From positions 217,496,001 through 217,560,000 of the forward strand of contig OZ024742.1 in assembly GCA_964016885.1 (NCBI GenBank): a stretch of 64,000 nt of DNA. Direction: 5' to 3'. Position numbers and translations under genes: made by a program. Under the pieces are notes generated by a model that ran no database searches, was not told the origin of the DNA, and worked only from the letters and a program-made list of their open reading frames with translations. Source of the DNA: Eledone cirrhosa. Taxonomy: Eukaryota. This document shows, piece after piece, positions 11,289 through 23,700 of this stretch. The first letter of the stretch is position 1, and each line of letters begins with the position of its first letter.

Positions 11289-11519
11289 TTAATTATGAGG
11301 ATAGTGATGATAGTGAGAGCTAGAAGTAATAGTGAGACATTGAAAAGGGAAGCAGTCATTTGAAAGAAACAAATTATTTAGATTACAGATCTATTTTCTC
11401 TTCTGAAATGGAAAACTTTATTTTATTTCGTTTTTTTATCATTTAATATTTCCCGTCTTTTTTATTTTGTTTTTGTTGTACTGTTTTTTCCCTTAAATAG
11501 TTGTTGTTAGGAAGCTTGA

Positions 11520-11652
11520 TTTCACTACGCTTCGCTTCGTTTCGTTTTCTCAGTATGTTCCGTTCGTTTAAACCAACCATTCTATCCCGTTGACTAGTAG
11601 CAGTTGTTCAGTACTAGTGCGCAGGCGCCACTCAGTCTTAGGTGTTGTGGCG
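11520..11652 (+). promoter_or_regulatory. Putative promoter / 5' UTR of the MCRIP-like gene
   Basis: CpG-retaining, TE-free sequence. NRF1-like TGCGCAGGCGCC (11618-11629) and Inr-like TCAGTC (11632-11637) lie just upstream of ATG 11653. Confidence 0.5.
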
Positions 11653-11707
11653 ATGTATACAAATGCGAATCCACCAAGAAATCGGAAAATCCTAGGTCTT
11701 CGTAGAG
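11653..11707 (+). CDS. MCRIP2: MCRIP-like coding exon 1 (MYTNANPPRNRKILGLRR)
   Basis: ATG in GCGATGT context; donor AG|GTAATA; phase 1. Confidence 0.82.
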
Positions 11708-14700
11708 GTAATAATTTTCATTTATAGCCTACCGGAAAAATAACATAAAAACATGTCTCTAGAAATACATTCCATGCCCATCGTTCTCTGATATTGCAAT
11801 CGTGTAGTGATTTGCATTTACCCCCACCTCCCTCCAACTGTCTCTTCCGTTTTTAGTTTCATTCTCCTCTCTTTTGCCCCCCTTTCTGTTGCATCGCTTC
11901 CACTCTCATTTCTCACTCTTTCTGTCCCTTCCATTCCAATCTATATCTGGTTGTCTTTTATTTTTCGCCTCATATTTCCCCCTCTCTTTCCTTTTCTCAA
12001 TCTCTCTTTTTATTTCACACATGGTATATGTATTCATTTCTTTCGGAAATTTAAGTTATCATATCAAATGATCGACTTATCTTCATCGAGATCGATATCA
12101 ATTTATGAATTAGGGTTTCCTTTAATCTCAGTTGGAGAATTTATTGTGATGTAATATTTCACATTCAGGTTTCAGGTGTCCACCAATGAAGATTAGTTTA
12201 CAACCGGTCTTTTATTTAACGAAAAATTGTTGCTATTCCTAATCTAACTTAGTGATTCACCTATCTTAACAGAAAAATAAATAAAAATCCATTGATTTAT
12301 GTAAAACGAACAGTTTTTTTTTTAAATATTGCATTTAGATAGGTCTCGTGTTTTATAGCTGTTAGTTTCCCTTTCGCAGCGTATGTATTGTACCACGTTC
12401 ACATATCGAGATGTGAATCAACCATTGTTCAGATAAATACTGCTGCCCCTATATTTTGTTACAGATCTTCACGTTAGTTTGTCAATAACGTGAAAGTCGG
12501 TTTTCTTCTCTCTAACATTTCTTATTGTCTTTTAATCTTTTTTAATAGGTCCTCCTAATTCCTTAGATTACAGTGAAGGACGTGGAGACGGCAATTCTAC
12601 CAATAAAAGGCCCACCGGGCACCATACCGCGGCAATGAGGTAAGTGACAGCAACAGAAACCAACCAACATTTCTGTTTAGAATCAGTTCTTTCCCTCTAT
12701 TTATTTTTCTTTGATCTTTTGGCAGCGTTTACTGTGTAGTCTTAAAATTGCTGATCTTCACCGTAGGATTTGAGAATGTGGTATGTTACGGGGTAATGAG
12801 TTGGTAAAACCAAGGTAGTTACCATGAGTTTAATTACGTGATAGCCATGAAAATTCTTTTAGTTTTTCTCCGGTTGCAATGATTACGGTATGACTGTCGA
12901 TATTTAATATATGTGTTCCTTTCTAAAACCATTCCTTCATTAAATATGTAGTTTAAAGCTAGAAATGTTTATAGTAAAATATATATTAACTTCGAAAATC
13001 ATGCTATAAATATATGCGTATGTATGTGTATTTGTTTCCTTGTGTCGATAAAGGCTGTTTCATTTGTAATAAAATTCTAATATTTTTCTTTTTAATCTTA
13101 TTATCGTACTCATAATGAATATTTGTTTCTTGGCGGTTGAATAATTAACAACTGGATTACGGATTAAAATAATTTTCTGATTTTCTGTAATAAATAAATA
13201 GAAAAGTAGGTTGCGATTTCAACAAATTTCTTTACTCATAATTTCTTGGTTGGCTGGGCCAATATTATCAATATTTATCGAATTATTAGCAACATAGATA
13301 TTATATTTCTATAATATTAACAGAAAGAAGGATTTTTAATTAAAAAAGGTCAAGAAAACTACATCTGATGAATGTTTGCTGTTGTCGATTGGAATATTTT
13401 TACCCGTGCACTTGAAATTCTGAAAGCCAAGTGCTAGGATTACGTGCTGCAAAAGTTAAATCTGAGGAACGAAATAAGGTGGTAGAGAAGGAAGTCTTAA
13501 TCTTGTCAGGTTTCTTGCTCCCATGTTCAATACGATGGTCAGAGGAAAGCAATTCTTCAACAGCAGTCAACCGCTTATTGATCTGTGTCCACCGAATATT
13601 CTAATATAGGCTAAGTTAAATAATTAAATTTCCGATGCTCCACTTTAAATAGTTGGAGGTGCCATGTAATAAATACAGTTAGCGTGATGAAAAATTGCCT
13701 CGAGATACATCGGATGTACCTTTTTATAGCTTTTTTTTTCTCTATAAGATTTCCATTTAGATTTAGATTTACAGATACTCACTAGTTTTAGACTTTCTTT
13801 TAATTTCTCGATTTACTTAATGAATGATTCTGTTTCTTTATTTTCCTTGTTGTTTTTAATTGTAAGGAGCCTACTATTAGAAAAATGTTTCTCGATTGTG
13901 AATCGGACGTATATTTCTATACTTTTTTTCACCCTAAAGTAGTCTAAAATTACCAGAAAACCCCGTGTTGACAGTTCAGTTACGGAATTAGTTTCAATAG
14001 CTTCATCTTATTTATGTTTACATGCCGTAGTAAATCTTGGCTTGTCCAGATAAATTGTCAATTTTTGAAGTTGGAAAGATGTGTTCGATTTTAGAACATC
14101 GTGACCAGTTTGATTAAGTCCACTTGTCTTTCTTTTCTTCTTAATTAATTACTGAATACACTGCATGTGACATGCCGAACCCAAAGATTCTGTATTAAAA
14201 TCGAACGTTACGCTAAAGAAATAAAATGAGAACAAGATTTGTCTCAAGTGAAGTTTCTATTAAAAATCATATCTGGGACTACATTGAATGAAGGTTCAAT
14301 CGTCAGCTGGAATTTATTCAATAGCAAGCGACCAATGTGAATGATCAGTGTATTCTTTTTATTTATCTTATTTTTACTACTTTATAAGAACGGCAAAATC
14401 TGTTATGTCTTTTAGTTGACGTCTACCTGTTGCTAATTTGTATTTACATCGAATTAAAGAATGAAATGAATTGTTCTTGTCCATTTTCTCCATTGAATGG
14501 GCAAGTTTTCAAAATGGCCACCCTCCAGCTTATCCAATCAATTTTGATTGATGCCCTCCTGTTAAACCCTAATTCTTATTCAATCTGTTAGCCACTATCG
14601 CTCATTACTAACAACATAGTCGTGTGTTTAAAAAAGAAAGACAGGTCAGTTAAAGTTGGAATACCTTTGATCACATGTATGCTTGATGAAGTCTTACCTC

Positions 14701-17700
14701 GGGCTAAAGAACAAGAACCACAGCAACACTATTTATCACAAAACAGTGAATCCTTTCACTGTCAGTGTGATTTTCGCTTTGTGAATCTATATTACACAGT
14801 GAATCACACCCATACTCTTTTTGAGGATTCATAACAATTCTTCTAACTTCACACTGCTTACATTCATTATCTGTCTCTGCCTGCATGCCATAATAAGCAA
14901 CTAAAAGTGTTAGTGTCAGGAAAGGCATCCAGCTGCAAATATTGCATCAAAGGTCCTGTCCAACCCATGCCAGCTTGTTAAAGTCAGCATCCAAATGATG
15001 ATGATGTTTATATATATATATGTGTGTGTATGTATACACTAGCAGAAATACTGCCCTCCGAGTGGTTTTCAGTTCATTTAAGTATATGTGTGTGTATGTG
15101 CTTCATAATGTATCTATCAAGGTATACAAATGTATGAAAAGGGAAAAATACATTTTTGACATGTAAATGATACAAACTTGCACTGACATATTTTGTTCTG
15201 CTGTTATTTAATTTAATACAATGCCAAAGTGCAGAGAAATCTGAGTGGATAGGACTCGTGGTAGAGGTAGACCTAGGAAGACATGGAATGAAGTTGGAAA
15301 GATCGACCTTAGGAAGCTGAATCTCATCACAGAGATGACAAAGGGCCATGATGATTTGCAATATGCAGTACTGGAGAAACCTTGCTTACCAGTTTCAAAA
15401 TGTAATCTGACCCATTCATGTCTCCCCTACACCATTGCTCCTGAGTAACTATTTTCACTGCTGTACCCCAGACACCCACCATGTCTAAATCCTAACACAG
15501 CAGCTATAACTACATTGGAACTATTCGCATTCATCACAGTAATGTCCACACTATCTGAGATCACACCTATCATACACCTGTGGCATACTTTCTCACCTCT
15601 TTGAACACCACCACACCTGTCATACACCCATGACACTATACTTGTCTTTCTCCTCCCCAGCTTTGTCACTTATCCTTCCTACTTCTCCCATCCCATTTCC
15701 CCTTACCCCATCATATTCTCCTCTCTATAAGGTTGAGAGCATTCAATGATGTCACAATAACCTCTCTAGTGCTAGTGCCATGAAAAATGCACCCAGTACA
15801 CTCTGTAAATGAGTTGTTGATAGGAAGAACATCCATCTGTAGAAACCATCCCAGAAAGCAATGACAACCTTGTTAATGCTGGTGTCATGATAAAATGCAC
15901 TCACTATAGTGCAGACTCTTGCTTGCAGTGAAAGCAGATGTTAAAGATGATATGCATGTATGTATATCATCATTATTGTTTTACATCTGCTTTTCCTTGC
16001 TTGCATGGGTTGAACAGGTCTTTTCTAGCACAACATCCCTCTACTTGAAGTTCTTTGTCATCTTCACTGTGAACTTCAGCAATTTGAAATCAGCTCTCGC
16101 AACCTCTGTCCAGATTTTCATTGGACTACCTCAACTGTAGCTTCCTACAGCTAGGATTTCTTTGTACTTCTTCATCCAACGATCATCATTCATACCAGTG
16201 CAGTTTTCTCTTCTGCATGCTACATTTGTTTCTTCTTATACCCAGTTTGTCTCTCAGCTCATTCACACATTGCATATCCATTGAAGCATATTCACTTCAT
16301 TTCTCTCCAGCCTTCACCTATCCTCTGCATTCACTGGTCATGTCTCACTACCAGGCAACATTGCATATCAGCATCATACAACCAGCCTTTCGTTTGTTGA
16401 GCGAAATGACGATTATCAAGTAAAATCCTTAACTGGTCAAATCATTAATCAGGTGGAGCAATTTAAAGATGTAGATAGTTATATCCCAGAAATCAAGGAT
16501 GATTTTAATATAAGGATAGGAATGGTATAGGCTGCAATAAATGAGTTAGACAAACTATAGAAGTTTCACATGGACAGAAAATTGAAACCTAGATTTGTCG
16601 GAACATGTGTAGAAAGTATTCTGCTATACAACTCAGAAACTTGGATCATAACACAAAACAGAAAAGCTATTGAGAATTTTTAACATGAGCTTGAGAGATC
16701 ATACAACCAACAGAGAATTATACGAAGACCTGCCACAACTGTCAGATACCATTAGGCAGAGAAGATGATGCTTTGCTAAGCCATTGCCACAGAGCTGGGG
16801 ACCAACCAGTTTCTAAGCTTTTATTTTAGTCGCCATCAGGAGGTAGGTCGCACAGAAGCAGGAATAAAAAATCTTTCCAAAAATGCTCAAAGCAAATACT
16901 GATATAAACTCTGATTCTGAAATCAAAGTCTTGATCAGGGACAAAGACAGTTGGAAGCAGAGAGTAAAAGTTGTTATAGTTTTGTCTGCTACTGCTGCTA
17001 TATATGTGTGTTTGTATATATTTATATATGTATATATACATATGTGTGTGTATAAATATATATAAAATTTATTGTGATGCATTGAATAGAACTCTCAAAG
17101 AAAAACCAGAATATGTGGAACACGCTCCTCAAAGTAGTAACCCCCCAGAAAAGATATATCATCTGACTTAAACTTCACTTATAGTATGAATATATCATCT
17201 AATATATCACATGATACACTCAGCAATTTCCTGTTAGGGATTGTAAAAAATAAAAAAAAGAACATTTACCAACTAGTTATACTTTTCATAAACTCATTAA
17301 AAATGTTAAAATTAGCTGCAGCTGGTTGGAAAACATTACAAACTAGATATCTAACCACAGCATCACAAACCAATTAGAAGAATACAATTGCTGTAACTTT
17401 TCATTTTGTCCACCTATTAGCAAAAAGCTCAAAAAAGCATTTTTGTACAAAATAACATCCACAGACAGTAATAAAAAGAACTATGAGTACTAGGGCTCAC
17501 AGGGGACATTATGTATAGCTCCTAATTTGGACAGAAACTCTTGTCAGCTGTCATTGGGTGTAATGGTAACATGCTTGACAGGAATTTAAGAGACATGGAA
17601 TTTGATTCTCTGTAGTGGCTACTGGCCTTTTTTTTTTCTGTTCCTAAGGATCTTTACCCAATTTTCTAAAGCTATTGTTTATAGAAATTCTGTGTTTGGA

Positions 17701-20700
17701 TTCTACTATTTTAAATAAATGTGTTTTGGAGCTAAAGATAAAGGGAGTTGGTGACATCCCTATAAGTTAGGCCATTGTTGAGACTGCTACCTCATTTTCC
17801 AATGAATCAAAGCGATGAAATTTCTGTTAGGCCAGAAAATATAATTTGATGCAACCCATTAATATATTAAACAAGAAACTCAAAATGCTATCCAAATGTC
17901 AAAATTATGAATAAATGCCTATTAGAAAGACCAACTACGAAAGAGGTAAGCATACCATTCCCCATACAAAACATTTCAATACCAACATAGTTATATTCCT
18001 TTCATATAGCACACACCTAACTAGTAATTCCTACATAGTAGTACTTTCTCTACTATGTATGAATGACAAGTAACAAGATGATTATTGCAGTTGACAAGGG
18101 AAAAGCAAATATGGATACTAAACCATATTTTTGTATCCTTAACGAGTTAATTCAAATTTTTGATACTTTGCTAAATACACAAAAGAAAGTAACTCAAAGA
18201 AAGAATAAAGTAAATCAGCTTCAAACAGATATATAGGTGCAGACATGGCTGAGTGGTTAAGTTTGCTACACAAATATATGGTTCTGAATTCAGTCTATAA
18301 ATGTGTATATTTATGCATATATTGATTGTGTCATCATGATTATTTTACATCTGCTTTCCATGTTGGCATTGGTTAAGCTCCAAGTCAGTTTCTATAGCTG
18401 GATACCCTTCCTAACACCAACCACTTAACAGTGTACCTGGGGCATTTTATCATGGTGCCAGAACTAGGAAGGTTCATTGCTTCTACATGGCGAAAATGTC
18501 TCTCCATCCTGTGAATGTGGTTGGTGTTAGGAAGTGCATCTTGCTGTAAAAACCCCAGCCAATTTACAGCTCCGTCTGAGCAAGGTACAGCACCGCCAAT
18601 CTGGCCAGACTTGACTCATGGTTGGACAACCTGTCTAACCCAGGCAAGCATGAAAATAGACATTAAACGGTGATGATGATCCAATATACAAGAATGTAAT
18701 TTTGTAAAGGAGTAAATGGATAAAAGGTTAAATGAGTAGAGAATATTAGTCTGAAGGAGGGAAAGGAACGATGGTAGCTACATGCTGGGTAAGTCATGGT
18801 AAGAGAGAGCTTGTACTGGATAGCAACAGAGAAATGTGATTATGAAGGTAGGGGACAACAGTTGTGTTACATACGGGAAAAAATGAGTATGAATATCAGT
18901 AAGAAAAGGAAGCAAAATGATAAGTTTGGTGAAGAATTGAGACATAAGGGTGCATCGTCATGAGAGAGATATAGTGATGGGTAGTAACAAAGAAATGTGA
19001 TAACAACCATGTTCATGGTGGGTATGATTACGATAATGGGTAAATGCCCCAATTGGATCGAGAAAGAGAATGATGAATTAGCAGTAGAGTGTGTTGGTAC
19101 TGAAAAGAGGGATTAACAGTAGAGAGTGATGGTACTGGAGAGAGAGAGAAAGAGGGATTAGCAGTAGAGAGTGATGGTACTGGAGAGAGAGAAAGAGGGA
19201 TTAACAATGGAGAGTGATGGTACTGGAGAGAGAGAAAGAGGGATTAGCAGTAGAGAGTGATGGTAATGAAGGGGAGAAAGGGATTAGCAGTAGAGGGTGG
19301 TATTACTGAAGAGAGATGGATTATCATTAGAGAGTGGTAGTATTGAAGATGGAAAGATATCTGATGCCCTCCCACTTTGATGGGTGTTAGATGTGATGAA
19401 AGAGAGGTATAATGATAATGAGTGATTATATATGTGTGTACAAAGCTATTGGGTAAATTTGAAAAGCTGCCACAATACATATGAACTATGAATTCGAATA
19501 AGTCGGTTGGGGTGAACAGAGAAACCTACTGGAATCAAACACATGACGTTAATCATCATAATTTAATGTCCATTTTCACTGCTAGCAAGAGTTGGAAGGG
19601 TCTTCATTGACTGAGTTAGTATTGAAGTGGGTTACAGACCTCCCAAACAGGCTAAGGACCTGCATTTTATTGAAGCATCAACTCTATGGAGGTTTTCATG
19701 GCCTTGACACAACTGAAGGGTCCTCCCAACCCTTTCTTTGACAAGCTTTCTACAGTTGGATGCTCTTCCCTTCACTAACCATATTTCAGTGTGAACTGGA
19801 TGCATTTGTCGTGTAGATCACCAACACTAGAGAGGTTGTCATGCCATTGACACTATTGAAGAATTCTCTCAACCCTCTTAGACATGGTTTATACAGCAGG
19901 GTGCTCTTCTTATCACCAACCACCATACAGGGTGTATGGGTGCATTTTCATGGCACCAACACTAGAAAAGTTGTTGGTCATCATCCTAACTAACGACTCC
20001 TCTGTAGGAGTTGGTAGATTTGCTATGAAGTTATGGATGTATGGCAAGTGATGTGATTTGATAGGGTGACCTTCAGTAATATAGGTGAGGTAGTGGTGGT
20101 GAGTGGAGATAGTGGTTAAGGGCTGTGGGTGGTGTGGTCAATATGGAGAGGGCACTCACCAGTACCTGGTGTGGGGGTAGTGGAGGGGTGCACAGGGTTG
20201 AGAGAGTAGCTACTAGAGTGCGATAGTGAGGTTATCTAAGGGATTTAGAAGGGGAATAGCAAAAGAGTAATATTGGGGTGTGGATGGGGTGGAGTGGTGC
20301 AGTGGTGATGATAGCTACTAAGAAATGCTATTGGAAGCTGCGACATGACATGGGTCAAGTATGATATATAAATATAGATATGTGTATCATTATCATTAAC
20401 ATTTAACATTCATTTTTCTATACTAGCATGGGCTAGAGGAGTTGGCCCATTGTGTGACAAGTCAGATAAGTTGACCATGTCTTGCTCATACAGAACTATT
20501 TCTAGCTAAGTTTCTATGGCTGGATGCCCTTCATTTCGCCAACCACATTTACAGCATAGACTGAGGGCTTTTTATTGTGGCAGGAAAACAACCACTTTAC
20601 AGGGTGGACTGGGCACTTTTTGTTGTGCACCACATGTCCACTTCACATGGCGAACTGGGGGCCTTCTGTCATGCCACTTTACATTGTGGACTGGGTACTT

Positions 20701-23700
20701 ATTTGTCATGTCACCAGCATGACCACCTTACAGGGAGGACTAGGTGCTCTTTTGTCATGTCACCTGAGCACCTTACATGGTGGACCAGAGATTTTTGTTG
20801 TCATCAGCATAACCACCTTACAGGATGGACAGGGCTTTTAACCATTTCAGCAGTGTTGTGGGAGAGCATGTCCAGCTTATGATGCTTGTATGCTTGGGTT
20901 GGACAAGAGATCACTAAATGTTTGCTTCATCCCATGCACATGGGAAGGCAGATCTTCTGCAGTACTGTATATATATGATGATCATCATCGTTTTTACGTC
21001 TGTTTTTTCACACTTGCATGGGTTGGATGGGTCTTTTTCAGCGCACAGCATCTCCACTTTGAGATCAGCTCTCACTATCACTGCCCAGGTTTTTCTTGGT
21101 TTACTTTTACTGTGGCTTCCTTCCACTGGGATTTCCTGGCACTTTTTCACTCAGAGATCATCATTCTTGCACACCACCTCAGATTCCTCTTAAACCCAGT
21201 TTCTCCCTCAGTTCATCCAAGCTCTGCCTTTCTCTCACATTTACATTGCACATCCAACGAAGCATGGTCACTCCATTTCTCTCCAGCCTATGCATGTTCT
21301 CTGCAGTCATTGCCCATGTTCCACTACTATGCAACATTGTGCACTGCACACAGGTGTCATACAACCATCCTTTTGTACATAAGCAGAAACCTTTTGTTGT
21401 CAGCAGTGGGAGTAGTTCTCTAAACTTCTTCCATCCTATCCTTATTCTAGCTATTTTTCTCTCAGAGTACCTTCCTCCACTGCTAATTAGGTCACTTAGA
21501 TAACAGAGGCTATCAACCACTTCTATGGATCCTTCATGTGATTGGAAAGGGTTTATATCACTGGTGCTCTTCCCCACAATTACCCCTGTGCATCTTTTAC
21601 ATACAAAGTCTTCCCTTCCTATTAGTCTAACTTATATCCCACAACATCTCTTGTGTACCCAAGATTTGCATTGAGTACATCATATCAAGTTTATGACTAC
21701 TCCTTTCCTACATATTCAGCAGGGTCACTTCCTTTAGGCAATCAGGGTCCTATATTCTTTCCTACTTAGCACTTTAGTCTTGGCTAAGTTTACTCTCAGA
21801 CCTTTTGATTCCAAATTCTGTTTCCATAGTTGAAACTTTTTCTCTAGTTCTTTTATAAGAACCAAATTATCTGCAGAGAAATTCCCATGTACAGCCATTT
21901 TAAACTCCTTTGTTATAGCCTGGAGAACTATGATGAACAGCAGTGGGCTAAGAACAGACACTTGAGGAACTCTTACCTGTACCTGGAAGTAGGCATTTGT
22001 AGTACTTTTCCCAGGCATGAAGCCAAACTGCATCTCATCTAATTTGACTCTTTCCCTAATTAGCTGTGCTATAATTCTTTCCATCACTTTCATAACTTGG
22101 TCATATAGTTGCTCCTTTCTAGAGCATCACCTTTACCCTTGTAGTAATTTATGATTGTAATGCTGTGCCAGTCATTGGGTATAACTCCATCCTATATTAC
22201 CCGATTGACTATACGGGTTACTAGTTTGACTCCTACTTCTCCCAATGCTTTTAGGTTCTCAGCAACTATCTCTGATGGTCCCGCAACTTTACCATTCTTC
22301 ATCACCTTGATTGCTTTTTTTACCCTATAATTGTCAACTTATATAGCCTAGCCTTTCTTCCTCATTCATTCTCTATATCCATCAGCCTCTCATAGAAATA
22401 TTTCCAGCCCCTTTCCTTTGAGCTTCAGTTTTGCTAAGTGCACCAGTTTCATTTCTAACACATTTTTCCCCAACAACATCCCAATTCGCACTGACATACT
22501 GCCTTGCAATGTAGAACACTTCATGTCTGTGATCCTCACATTGCAAGAAAGTGTCAAACTTTCTTTTTTCAGTCTCTCTCTCTGAGCTGTGTATACCCAT
22601 CATCTAGCTTCTCTCTTAGCTGCCTGGTACTAGTCTCTGCTACCCCCATTTTTCGAGTTTTCCCACACCTGTCACTTGGCTTTAATGGTTCTATCCATTG
22701 TGCTGTTCCACCACCAGGTCACCCTATGTCTGGCTGGTACTTTACTCCAGCCACAAATTTCATTAGTAATCCACAATAGGTTGTCATGTAAGAATTTCCA
22801 ATTGTCCTCTATATCATATGTATCTAACTCATCTCTCCTCTCATCAAATGCATCCTATAGGACCTTTCTAAACTTATGTTTAACCAAAAGGTCTTTTAGC
22901 TTCCAAACCCCCCGCTTCCATATTTTTCTGCCTATTGTGTTTTAACTTGTGTTTATTTTGATGTCACAAATAACTAACTTGTGTTGGGCAGCACATTCTT
23001 CTTCAAGGCAGGTCTTAGTATTTATTACAGTCCGTCTATCTCATATATATAATTATATATGTGTGCCTGTGTGTATATATGTTTAAAAATATTAATGTGT
23101 GTGTGTATCCTTTTCAATTTCCTCTGTGAAATTAACAGTGTATGCATTGGATTTTAACATTCTACTGTAGAATGCTGAATATGTAATTGTAGGATGCCTG
23201 TGGTTTGCTGGCAATCAAGCAACAGTAGGGCCACTAAAAGTCTTATTTGATTTATTCCCTTTAAACATGTTTTTCCTTTTTTTTCTAGCATGCATTTTTA
23301 TAGTTCGTTCCACCAAAAATTCTTATTTAATTAATTCCCTTTAAACATATTTTTTTAGCATTTATAATTTGTTGCAATTAGAAATATCCTAACCATTAAG
23401 TAGCCATTTTCCCAGCCCCTGCCCCCTCTGCTGAGAAACCTCTCTTTGAGTGGGAGTAGGTGATACATATATACATAATCCTACATATGGAGAGGGATGT
23501 ACTCTCCCGTAATATATGCGCAGATATGTACATGTACATGTACATTCACCATCCAATCCACCCAAACAATATAGTAAGCGTTATCTATATTCATTAATTC
23601 ATTACATTAGAGATAAATAGAAGACCTATGCAAACTGCGATGGACCTAACAACTAGGTGCTGGTGGAAACTGCAGACATCTGAGTGACTTCACAATAAAG

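Noticed and set aside
10953-11359. ORFs rich in YIYI/CVCV (also 3753-3971, 6820-7008, 9160-9496, 16813-17082)
   Set aside because: These are translations of (TA)n/(TG)n microsatellites.
11807-12154. 115-aa hydrophobic ORF resembling a membrane protein
   Set aside because: It lies in pyrimidine-rich intron 1 of the MCRIP gene, starts at GTG, and its F/L/S bias is compositional.
12169-12206. Possible extra exon in intron 1 (tandem ttcag acceptors and an ATG)
   Set aside because: There is no convincing donor and no family similarity; it cannot be supported without transcripts.
17490-17763. Possible TIR element with taggg ends
   Set aside because: The inverted match is weak and no TSD was found.
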